A stretch of DNA of 64,000 nt from Squalus acanthias (lineage: Eukaryota): NCBI GenBank assembly GCA_030390025.1, contig CM059432.1, positions 122,080,001 through 122,144,000 of the forward strand, in the 5' to 3' direction. Within the stretch, counting starts at the first letter, position 1. The number at the start of each line of letters is the position of its first letter. This document shows positions 1-10,888 of the stretch, piece after piece. The notes under the pieces were generated by a model. That model saw nothing but the letters and a program-made list of their open reading frames with translations, was not told the origin of the DNA and searched no databases. Both the position numbers and the translations under genes were made by a program.

Positions 1-465
1 TGTTCAACTAGATCGATTCCTGGGATGAGAGGGTTGTCCTATGATGAGAGATTGAGTAGATTGGGGCCTATACTCTCTGGAGTTTAGAAGAATGAGAGGT
101 GATCTCATTGAAACACACAAGATTCTGAGGGGGATTGACAGGGTAGATGCTGAGAGGTTGATTCCCCTGTCTGGAGAGTCGAGAATTGGGGGGCATAGTC
201 TCAGGATAAGGGGTCGGCCATTTAAGACCGAGATGAGGAGGAATTTCTTCACTCAGAGGGTTGTGAATCTTTGGTATTCTCTACCCCAAAGGGCTATGGA
301 TGCTGAGTCATTGAGCATATTCAAGGTTCAGATAGATAGATATTTGGACTCTAGGGGAATCAAGGGATATGGGGATCTGGCGGGAAAGTGGAATTATTGA
401 ATGGCGGAGCAGGCTCGAAGGGCCGTATGGCCTATTCCTGCTCCTAATTCTTATGTTCTTATGTT
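1..465 (+). mobile_element. CR1/HER1-type LINE, 3' fragment (RT C-terminus + 3' UTR)
   Basis: ORF 92-400 has the CR1 C-terminal motifs (RMRGDLIE, RRNFFTQRVVNLW); ends in a TTCTTATG repeat tail. Confidence 0.9.
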
Positions 466-467
466 CC

Positions 468-740
468 AAAATGCTTTACAGCCAATGAGGTACTTTTGAA
501 GTGTAGTCACTGATATAATGTAGGAAATATGGCAGCAAATTTACGCACAGCAAGCTCCCACAAACAGCAATGAAATAAATAACCAGATAATCTGTTTTAG
601 TGATGTTGATTGAGGGGGAAATATTGGCCAGGACACAGGGAGAACGTCCCTGCTCTTCTTTGAATAGTGCCGTGGGATCTTTTATGTTCACTGAGAGGAC
701 AGATGTGGCCTCGGTTTAAATTCTCATTCGAAAGGTGGAG
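468..740 (-). mobile_element. SacSINE1/DeuSINE-like SINE, headless fragment
   Basis: Closely similar to the body of the complete copy at 11159-11631. Confidence 0.8.
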
Positions 741-1650
741 GTAAATTTAAACAAACTATAAAGTCTCTGTTTTACCTATCCTTTCCTTCCAGATTTTCTT
801 TCAATTCTATTTTGGATCAATTTCTCTTCTGATGCGTTATCAATTTTTCATGCTCAAATTCTCCAGCTTTTCTATCATTAGGTTTGCCTCCCTCTCTGAC
901 TTAGTCCTTTTAAATATCCAGTCATGGTTTGCCCATCTCTTGGTTCTCTGAAATCGCCATCTCAACTCTATATGTGATTTTTCTTGCTGTCTTGGTTCTT
1001 TGAAATCTCCGAGTAAAAATCCTCTTTGTTCTCCCCCTTGGCCAGTAATTTTAAGAACAAGGTGCAGGAGGGCAGTCGACACCCATGGTGATGTGCCCCA
1101 GCACGGGTCTCCCTCTTCAGGAGTGTATGGGAGAAGGCTGGAGTGCAGAGCTGAGAAGAAATGACCATAGAACCTTGGTACTAATAACAAAGAATATAAA
1201 TAGACCAGATTATTATTGCCTATTTTATATTAACTGTGCAGCAGACACTTTCCAACTTTTATAATTACAAAAATATTTTATTAACTATAATTGTTAAATT
1301 TCTTGTATTTGGAATCCTTGCTGACAGTTACTGTTATGAATGCTTTCATTCGATTGCTGAATTTTATTAATTTTTGTATATAAATGCATAAACAGCTGTG
1401 TTGTATGTAGATATCAGATTATTTGATGGGCACTTAAGTTTAATTTCCGGTTTGTTGATAAGATTCTATGTTTAAAATGACACTTGAGAATTTTTTTTAA
1501 AATGCTAAAAGCGACATTTTTCAATAAAACTCCAACAACAATGAATATAGTTGTAGAACTGATATATTTGGCTAATGAAATGCAGCTGCAGGTGGATGGG
1601 TGAATTCATTAAGCATGTGCTGTACTCAATGATCCTGCTTATGAATTATT

Positions 1651-2404
1651 GGGCCTGAATTTGCGATCGGAGGCTTCCCGTGGGCGGATGCCTCCGATCA
1701 TCAAAAAATCTACACATTTACCTGGTGGTCCGGGAGATACGGAGGCTTGCGATCCTGGGCCTCTCCTGGTAGAAATGCCGAGAGGCCCACGTATCCCAGG
1801 GGCGCACGCAGTTCGCAAGCGCCCCTGGGATCATGTGGGCTGGCCCAACCAATGAAAGAAGGGAATCCCCATTCATACTTATGGGAGTGCCGTGCGTACA
1901 GCACTGTCATAAATATGAATGGGGATGACTTAAAAAATACACGAGCACATGAAATACATTTCTTTTAATTACATATATAAAATTAATTAAAATGGCATTT
2001 AATTAAATATTTTAAACAAATTAAATTTTTTGAAATGTTTTAACGGGGCTAAATATAAACTTACCTTATTGGACAGGATTTTTAATGTATAAGTGAGTGA
2101 TAACATTTTATTTTTCTATTTTTTAAAACTCTTATGCTGGTAAAAGCAGGCCTTACGCCTGCTTTTACCCGGCGTAAGAATTCCATGGTCTTTCAGCGTG
2201 CAGAATTTGGGCAAATAGCACAGCTCTCCATCCGCAGATGCCCTTCTCCCCGGGATGCGGAGGATCTGTCAAGAAGATTCTCGACAGATTGCAAGTGCCG
2301 GGTTTCAGTGCATGCGCTTCGCCTGCCTAAACCCGGCACTTGCGCAGCCCCTACGGGCGCGTGTACACCTTGTACATACCCGTAGGGGTCGCAAAAGACG
2401 GCCC
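1651..2404. mobile_element. Non-autonomous Harbinger-like MITE with subterminal hairpins
   Basis: Imperfect TIRs GGGCCTGAATTTGCGA / TCGCAAAAGACGGCCC; GC-rich ends and AT-rich middle; a 10-bp stem just inside each end. Confidence 0.65.
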
Positions 2405-3114
2405 AATATTTTCTGCCCATTCTCACTGTTTATACAATTTTTTACAAATGCGTGCATTTATCATGAGTGAGTTGTGGAATAGGAAAGGATAAATGGATCT
2501 GCTGTGCTATAAGATTTCAGTAGTGGAACCAATGGAGGCCTTTTCAAGAATATATAATATATAAAATGTGATCTCTGGCAGTGGTTTAACTTCAAAGCGG
2601 TTTCCTTTAGCGTTAAATACAGTGTTGAGCTACATTCGGTGTCGTTCTGCCTTCTGATCAATGCCTGTGCAGAATTAAGAGAACATTTCTAATCTTGCCA
2701 ATAAGTGAACAGACTGAGAAATCCGGTGAAAACATGAGAAGCAATAACATAGCTTTGAGATGATACTGATATTTCACATTATGAAAAGTAACATTTACCA
2801 AAAGCATTTTACTGAGGTACTTTTTTGAAGAGACGGGTTGTCACAAAACATTTAAATCAGATCACAAATAAATCTCTCCTTCTTTGCCTCTCCCGAACCA
2901 TCGGATCATGGACCATACAGTAAATCAGCTGGTGTTACAGTCACTATGCAAGTCCCCTCGCCAGCATTTTAATTTTAAATAGGCGTGTGTGTAAAATGTC
3001 AATCTTTTACCTCTCTGCACCCCCAAGCTACTCGACATAGAGGATGTAACCAGGTAATACAGTAACCAGCTGGTGTTACATTCAACACATGCTCTGCTGA
3101 TTGGCATCTTATAA

Positions 3115-3309
3115 TGAGAAGTCGCACAACACCAGGTTATAGTCCAACAGTTTTATTTGAAATCACAAGCTTTCGGAGCTGCTGCCCCTTCGTCAGGTGA
3201 AGGGGCAGCAGCTCCGAAAGCTTGTGATTTCAAATAAAACTGTTGGACTATAACCTGGTGTTGTGCGACTTCTCACTTTTGTCCACCCCAGTCCAACACC
3301 GGCATCTCC
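3115..3309. mobile_element. PLE-derived fold-back mini-element with hammerhead ribozyme (copy 1)
   Basis: 77-bp perfect inverted arms (3115-3191 / 3199-3275), 7-nt loop, ~35-nt one-sided tail; direct repeat GCATCTTATAATGAG at 3104-3118 and 3310-3324. Confidence 0.85.
3163..3200 (-). ncRNA. Minimal type I hammerhead ribozyme motif (family B)
   Basis: Minus strand reads TCAC-CTGACGA-A-GGGGC-AGCA-GCTCC-GAAA-GCTT-GTGA: stem I, CUGANGA core, stem II, GAAA, palindromic AGCU in place of stem III. Confidence 0.8.
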
Positions 3310-3879
3310 GCATCTTATAATGAGCTCATGGTTAAAGTTACAGTCTGGAGCACCTTTGAAATGTTGAGCGAAATGGGTGTTGAGAATACAAAGTGGAAAC
3401 TTCCTCCTAATTCAGCAGGGTGAGCACTAACTATTCAAATTTGGGATAGAATATTATTCCTATGTTAATTGCTTTTGGGCTGAAACCCCCAGGCATGAAA
3501 TCTAGCTTCCCTAACTTTTCACCCCAGCACCCTTTAGTTGTGTACACCAGGTACTTCACAGTTGAATTGCTGACATTTTCAGCATTTCTAGCCCGTTAGC
3601 TGCCTGGGAACCAGCAAATTAACAGGGGCAGTGTGATTGGGCAACTTTTTCGCTATTAGTACGAGGGGATTTGCAATTCACTCATACAAAAAAGAACAAA
3701 ATGGCCTACGGCATCCACGCTAATTCATAGCTGCTAAATTTCAAAAATAAAGGAAAAAGATTTGATTGCAACAAAAGAGCAAAATATAGTCATAGTCCTG
3801 CATATATTACATAAATAACAGGAGTGAGATTAAAAATCAAGTAGAAATCCAAAACATTTAAATAGGACAACTGGGAAAC

Positions 3880-4125
3880 CAGGAGAGCATGTTCTCTTTA
3901 AGGAAAGTGCTGTGTTTGTGAACTGGGACAGAAACATCGGGTACCAAACGAATTTGAAGCTTTCTGTAGCCACGTTTTTTTTTTCTTGTTTTTAATTTTG
4001 ATCAGTAAAAACTTCACTGGTGATCGGGTTGGACATTAGGTCATCCATTTTCTGGCAAACTCTGCGTCTAATTTCTGGTAGTTTGGTGGAATCTAGTTCT
4101 CGGTGGACTATGAGATTTTGGCAGT
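3880..4125 (-). pseudogene. Candidate dynein-heavy-chain/DNHD1-like exon with in-frame TAA
   Basis: One frame reads ...LIVHRELDSTKLPEIRRRVCQKMDDLMSNPITSEVFTDQN*KQEKKNVATESFKFVWYPMFLSQFTNTALSL; stop at 3992-3994; resemblance to DNHD1 is from memory; boundaries approximate. Confidence 0.4.
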
Positions 4126-4173
4126 CTAATGGTTTTGGACAGGTGGGTAGATTGTGTTTTTGTAATGGTGGTA

Positions 4174-4509
4174 CAGGTTGAGCGTCCAAAATCCGGAGTT
4201 CCGGAATCCGGAATGTTCCGGAATCCGGACTCCGGGACGATTGGTGGCAGGGTCGTCCGGAGTCCGTAAAATGTTCCGGAATCCGGACACCCTGAGGGAG
4301 GCTTACCAAAAACTGGAAATATCGCAACCTGGGCCCGGGCATTTCCGGACTCGGAAGGTGTTTCTGACGTCCGAAGTCCGGAAATATCGCAACCTGGGCT
4401 CGGGCGTTTCCGGACTTCGGACATCAGAAACACGTTCCGAAGTCCAGAAAAACACGAAAACCGGCTCGGCCTCGGTCCCGAGGTTGCCGGATTCGGGACG
4501 CTCAACCTG
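4174..4509. mobile_element. Tc1/mariner pogo/Tigger-like MITE
   Basis: 23-bp TIRs CAGGTTGAGCGTCCnnAATCCGG (2 mismatches); TA duplication at 4172-4173 and 4510-4511; many internal TCCGGA motifs. Confidence 0.85.
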
Positions 4510-5217
4510 TATAGCCATTTGCTCTTTGGGTATTGAAAGGAGAGGGTGATAGAAGGACTCAGGGCAGTGCTTCATCCACCTAGGCCATGGAATGCAGCTT
4601 CTAATGTTGGATATCTGATTCAGTTTTCTAAATACCCAAACGTGGACTGTTCGAAGCTAAATCTGAAAAAAAACAGAGTTTTCACTGCTAGTCAGGAACT
4701 ATCTGTTGGCAAGCAGACTAATTCTATCTCAGAACTTTATCTGACATGAATTGGAAAGCACATTTTCTACTTATTTAAATTTGAATAAGCCATTCGACAG
4801 CCAAGGTGCTTTTTAATGAAGTGTGGGGTAATGTTTTTGAATATTTACTTCTAAATGCAGTATATATTTCTACTGGTGGTGATCCAACAGACACAGTAAT
4901 CTCTACAACATTCTCATAATATTAAATACAGAGGGGGCTAAATTCGATAGCCCCCCAAAAACTGGCACGGGGATTGTGATGCACAATTAACCCATGCCTG
5001 TTGCTTCCGATGCAGGCAGCATGGCAACTTCGTGCATGCACCCAGCGCTAACCGCACTATTGAGTGGCTGCATGCCTCAGCAGGGGGGGGCCAAGATTGT
5101 GCGAGGCTAGCACCACTTAAAGCTAGCCTGCACTACTTAAAGGGGAGGTGCATTTTGGCTGGAGCAGGTACTGCAACTATTTGTGGAAGAGAGTCTGAGC
5201 AGGAAGAAGAATGAATT

Positions 5218-7113
5218 AAGGCGCAACAGGGGAGAAAGTGTGCTCTAAGGTTCTCTAACACTGCACAGAAGGCCTTGTTGGAGAAGGTGGAGAGGAGGAG
5301 ATAGGTCCTCTATCCACAGAGGGCCAGGAGGCCCTCCAGACAAATTCTGCAAAGGCACTGGGAGCAGATAGCCATGCGGTCAATGCCAGAAGTCAAGCCC
5401 CGAGGACTTGGATGCAGTGGCGCAAGAGGTTCAATGAACTCACACGAGTGGTCAAGGTCAATGAATTAATCTTCAAATGCCATATCCCACCATCTGCACC
5501 ACATACTGCTCAATGCACCATACCCTCATCACTCACTTACCAACAATCTCTACCAAATAGGACTCATACCTTACATTCATAGTTTCACCTCACCCTCACA
5601 CACTTAGCACTGCTGCAAGCCTCACACCCACATCTCACAGCTTGCGCACACTGCCAGACATTCAACCATGAAAGGCACATCACCCAAACACATTGCACCA
5701 CACTCACTGACACACTTCCCTCTTTCTTGCAGGACAAATCAGTGCATATTCAGGAGCAGGAGCTAACCGGTGGGGGACAGGCATGGCTGCATGCCCTTAC
5801 CCCCATGGAGGAGATGGTGGTCACCATCATTGGAGCGGCCATTGCTGAGGTCATGGCCAACAGCATGGCTGAAACCATCGAAGATGATGGTATCCCCATA
5901 CCTAATCCTCTTCCTCACATTCAATTTCCCCTCATCCCATTATGTCTTTTGATTTAAAAGCTGCAGATGGTTGTAAGCATTCACCTCTTACTTTCCCCCC
6001 TCCCTGCACCGCAGCCCAACCCTTGTGCCTTTCTCCTTTCAGATACCCAAGAATTGCAACCTGGCCAGGCAGTGGAGGAAGAGCAAGAAGACAGTGATGA
6101 AGAAGAAACACAGTCACTCGATTTCACACTCGCAGCCACCAGCCCAGATACTGACACTGCACGTAATTTAGAGGATAGCGTAGAGGCAGGATCTGCACGT
6201 GGTGAGGCACCGGGCACGAGTGCCCTGTAGCCAGAGCAGGTGGTAAGGATAGCGCAGGTGCCAGCTCGCAGGAGGGCAAGGTCACACACTAGTTCTGTTG
6301 CAGAGGACTCAGATGAGCACTTCGATGAGGCAGGCTACAGAAGAAGGCTGATGGGTATGCACAATGAAATGCTTGGTGCATTGGGAAGCCTGCTAGAAAG
6401 CCTGTGTGCAATGTCAAGGAGCATGGAGGAGTCCGGCACCAACTTGGCACAGGGCTTTGTGCAGAGCTTGGAGCCCATCCTTTCCAGCATGGAAGTGGCA
6501 GCCAACTCCATTAGCGCACTTGTGGCCCCAACCAGGTTGCAGCGTCTGATGGCCGATGTCTCAGCTTCCATTGCAGCACAAACAGAAGACACCCAATATC
6601 TGGGTGGAAGCTCAGACTGCTCTCATGAAAGCTCAGCTTGCTGCCATGCAAGCTTAGACTGCTGCCATCATGGTTGCCGATACCAGTGTTCAAAGGGGCT
6701 TGCAGGGTGTTACAGCACTCCAGCAATCTGTCCTCCAGCAGATTACTCTGATTGTTGAGGCGCCGCCCCGGGGGAGTGGCAGTGGCTCCGTGGAGCACAA
6801 ACCTGCTGTCCTCTCTCAGGATGACAGCATTCATCCTCCCACCACTGCCACTCCTCCAGTGCCCTTGATGTTGTCTGTCAGCCAGCCCAGACTACTGCCG
6901 GGGCCATGCTGAGTGGGAGCAGTCTACAGCTGGGCCTTCTAGGCTCAGAGCTGCTCGAGGTCGTCCTGCAAGACCATCTGCAGTTTTCTCCACTGAAAGT
7001 CAGCAACCTTCCACCAGCCATGCTGCAGCCACTGGGGTAGCACTGCATAGGAGCATGAGAACAGGCAAAGGAACATGCAGGGAAAGGCACAAAGGGAATG
7101 CACAAGAGTGATT
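5218..7113 (+). pseudogene. Harbinger Myb/SANT-like gene of H1 (three exons, disrupted)
   Basis: RTWMQWRKRFNELTRVVK motif near 5400-5456; TTGCAG acceptor near 5731 followed by EQELTGGG; homologous to ORF 37421-39136; contains stops and frameshifts. Confidence 0.8.
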
Positions 7114-7280
7114 AGTTGACTTTTGTATGCAATGTGGCATGAATTTATTTATAAATCTGGTTTGGAATGTTTATTTTGTGGTGACTTTTATTTTTGCATT
7201 GTAGCCAAGAGGACAAAGTGATGGTCAGTGACAGAGGGAAGGTAAGGTGTAGGACTGTGAATGGGGAATTGGGATTGCAG

Positions 7281-8664
7281 TTATTGGTATCGCAGTCGGA
7301 TGAGTCACTCATGGACAGCTCGGCCAGAAAGGTACTGTCTAGGTTGCCTCCTCCCTTCCTCTTCCTCCTCCTCTTCCTACGCTTCCTGCTCCTCCTCCTG
7401 CTCCTCAGCTGCTCACCGTCTGGCTTGTGGCAAGGGCTGTGCCCTCATAATAGCAAAGTTGTGCAGCATGCAGCAGACCAACACGAATTTTGACACCCAC
7501 TCTGCCGAGTACTGCAGGGCTCCTCCAGAGCGGTCCAGGCAGTGGAAGTGTTGTTTCAGCACATTTCCGTGTGGCATCATGGCTTTCGTTGTATGCATGC
7601 TGCCCATGTGTGCGTGGGTTGCACACCGGATTCGTGAGCCATTTCGCCAAAGGATAGCCCTTGTCACCCAATAGCCACCCTTTGGTTTGTCGTGGTGTCT
7701 CAAATGCCGATGGCACAGCGGTCTGCTGCTGAGGGTGGTGAATCTTTGGAATTCACTACCCCAGAGGGCTGTGGAGGCTCAGTCATTGGGTATATTCAAA
7801 ACAGAAGTCGATAGATTTCTGACTAGTAAGGGCATCAAGGGATATGGCGATAGGGCCGGTAAATGGAGTTGAGGCAGAAGATCAGCCATGATCTTACTGA
7901 ATGGCGGAGCAGGCTCGAAGGGCCGAATGGCCTACTCCTGCTCCTATTTCTTATGTTCTTATGTTCTTATGTAATGAAGGCACCATGGCTGTTGCCAGGA
8001 TACCGGGCATTGACCTCCTTGATTTGTTACCTATGGTCGCACACCAGCTGGGCGTTGAGGGAGTGGAATTCCTTTAGGTTGCGGTACATGGCAGGGTTGA
8101 TATGTGGCGCCCGCAAAGCGATGTGCGTGCAGTCAATCGCACTCTGCACCATGGAGAGGCCTGTAATCCTCGCGAAGCTGTGTGCTCGCTCTGCCTGCTG
8201 CTCTTTTGCAAGAGAGAATGAAATGTATTCAGCTCTCTTGGAATAGAGAGCTTCAGTGGCCTCCCTTATGCAACAGTGGACGGCAAACTGCGAGATGTTG
8301 CAAGTATCTCCTGCTCAGCCAGGAAGGAGCCCGACACATAAAAGTTCATCGCCACGGTCACCATCACAACCACTGGCAATGCTGTCCTCGCCCTGCTCTG
8401 AGGTTGGAGTTGTGGCTGCAGCAGGTGGCAGATTTCAGTGAAGACATCCTTACTGAAGCACACATTGTCTGACACATTGTTCCTCGCTTAGGTTCAGGTA
8501 GGAGAATTGCTCCCTGAACATCCTGGGTGGATATGGCCTCTTGCTGAGAGCCCTTCTCCCCCTCCTCCTCCTCCTCCCTCTTCTAGCAGCTTGTCCTGGT
8601 CTGCCTTCCCTTCATTCTCCAGGTCTTACTGTATTCCAAGGGGAATTGCTACTAGTGCACCCGT
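7281..8664 (-). pseudogene. Harbinger (HARBI1-like) DDE transposase of H1, disrupted
   Basis: Fragments [41 protein letters not shown]; frameshifted and split by a CR1 fragment. Confidence 0.85.
7731..7972 (+). mobile_element. CR1 3' fragment inserted in the H1 transposase
   Basis: RVVNLWNSLPQRAVEA motif and TTCTTATG tail. Confidence 0.9.
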
Positions 8665-9082
8665 GTCTGGGAGCAACTGGTTTGTGCAGAAACCTTGAAG
8701 TCAGGACAAAGTCCTTCAAGACCACCCACACCACTCCCTGTAGACCTTAGCAACTTTAAAGAACTCTAGAAAGCACCAAACACTTTTACAATTGTAGCAA
8801 CAGCCAGTACAAATCAATCAGCAACTTACCTGAAAGTAGTTGATGATCCCTTTAATTAGCGCTGGTGGGGGGTCCTTCCTGCTGCTGAACGCCTGTTCAT
8901 CTGTGTGTGTTTAAGAGAGGGTGTTAGCTGCAGCATCGAGCTTCAAAATGGCAGTGCTGTCATCAAATTAGCATTGCACGCCCTCAATAAGATGCCGTCC
9001 AGTGCGGCTCGCACTGGAAGTGTGTGCGCGCACCGCGGCCACCATTTTGGAACATAAACGGCACTCGTAGCGTCCAATCAAC

Positions 9083-9382
9083 GGGCCGTATTTTGCGACC
9101 AACTTGTCTTGAACATCACCCGTTGACTGGAACAACAATTGAAGTAATTGGTGGAAAGCAGCTCTTATTTCAATCAGCCCGACCAATATGGCTGGTTTCG
9201 ACATAAAACACGTGCATCTGGAATTTCTGCGGGAGTTTCTCCGCAGGGAGATCGGCGGAATCCACCAAGAAACTGCGTAAGTGACTAAAAATGGACATCT
9301 ATTCCCTTTCTCCAGGGGTTCCGCTGCTCTCCCACCACAGTTACAGCAGAAAAAGAGAAGAACCATGCGGGAATTCAGGGCC
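9083..9382. mobile_element. Harbinger-like MITE
   Basis: Ends GGGCCGTATTTTGCGACC and GAATTCAGGGCC resemble the termini of the 1651-2404 element. Confidence 0.55.
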
Positions 9383-9536
9383 ACGTTATTCAGTTGATAA
9401 CACTCTTGCCTCTGAGTTGGAAGGTTGCAGGTTCAAGTGCTTAACCTACACTGACACTCCAGTGCAGTGAAACAAAAGCAATATACTGAGATGCTGGAAA
9501 TCTGAAATAAAAACAGAAAAATGCTGGAAGACACTC

Positions 9537-10794
9537 ATAAGAACATAAGAATTAGGAGCATAAGGCTCCTCGAGCCTACCCCGCCATTCAATAGGATCAT
9601 GGCTGATCATCCACCTCAACTCCACTTTCCCACCCAATCTCTATATCCCTTGATTCCCCGAGATTCCAAAAATCTATCTATCTCAGCCTTGAATATATTC
9701 AAAGACTCAGCATTCACAGCCCTCTGGTGCAGAGAATTCCAAAGATTCACAACCTTTTGAGTGAAGAAATTCCTCCTCATCTCCGTCTTAAATGGCCGAA
9801 CCCTTATCCTGAGACTATGCCCCCCCTAGTTCTAGACACACCAGCCAGGGGAAACAACCTCTCAGCATCTATCCTGTCAATCCCCTTCAGAATCTTGTAT
9901 GTTTCAATGGGATCACCTCTCATTCTTCTAAACTCCAGAGAGTATAGGCCCATTCTACTCAATCTCTCATCATAGGACAGCCCTCTCATCCCAGGAATCA
10001 ATCTAGTGAACCTTTGTTGCACCGCCTCCAAGGCAAGTATATCCTTTCTTAGATAAGGAGACCAAAACTGTGCACAGTACTCCAGGTGTGGTCTCACCAA
10101 GGCCCTGTACAATTGTAGCTAGACTTCCTTACTCTTATACTCCAACCCCCTTGCAGTAAAGGCCAACATGCAATTTGCCTTCCTTATTGCTTGATGTACC
10201 TGCATGCTATCTTTCTGTGTTTCTTGTACGAGGACACCCAAATCTCTCTGAACACCAACATTTGAAAGTTTCTCACCATTTAAAAAATATTCTGTTTTTT
10301 TATTCTTCCTACCAAAGTGAATAACGTCACATTTCCCTACATTATACTCCATCTGCCACCTTACTGCCCACTCACTTAGTCTATCTATATCCCTTTGCAG
10401 ACTCTTTGTGTTCTCCTCACAGCTTACTGTCCCACCTTGCATTGTATCATCAGCAAACTTGGATACATTACACTCGGTCCCTTCATCTAGGTCATTAAAT
10501 CAGATTGTAAATAGCTGAGGCCCCACTAGTTACAGCCTGCCAACCTGAAAAACTCCTGTTTATCCCTCCTCTCTGTTTTCTGTCCGTTAACTAGTCCTCT
10601 ACCCATGCTACTATATTACCCCAACCCCATGAGCCCTAATCTTGTGTAATAACCTTTTATGTGGCACCTTATCGAATGCCTTTTAGAAATCCAAATATAC
10701 TACATCTACTGGTTCCCCTTTATCTACCCTGCTAGTTACATCCTCAAAAAACTCTAATAAATTTGTCAAACATGATTTCCTTTTCATAAAATCC
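9537..10794 (-). mobile_element. CR1 LINE, 5'-truncated, inserted in a PLE terminal-repeat fragment
   Basis: ORFs 9804-10112 and 10119-10442 (LVRPHLEYC, LQRDIDRLSEWA); CATAAGAA tail; PLE terminal-repeat sequence on both sides (9475-9536, 10845-10888). Confidence 0.9.
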
Positions 10795-10888
10795 ACAGGT
10801 AAAATTATTATGAGGTGGCTGAGTTAAAAATCCACTGACAGATGTCAACAGGTCAGGTAGCATCTGCGAAGAGAGGAACAGAGTTAAC

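Larger units (their letters stand above)
4933..9082. mobile_element. PIF/Harbinger transposon H1 (decayed, two convergent genes)
   Basis: GGGGGCTAAATT left end; Myb/SANT gene on +, DDE transposase remnants on -; right end obscured by a MITE. Confidence 0.85.

Noticed and set aside
840..1190. ORFs 840-1190 and 968-1168 as a further host exon
   Set aside because: There is a plausible acceptor and only a faint dynein-like resemblance spread across frames, with no clear donor; too weak to call
2917..3085. Direct repeat CAGCTGGTGTTACA (~2925 and ~3067) as a CRISPR-like or regulatory array
   Set aside because: Only two copies, eukaryotic context, no associated genes
3992..4575. Overlapping ORFs of 90-145 aa on both strands
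   Set aside because: Produced by the GC-rich, stop-poor Tigger-like MITE
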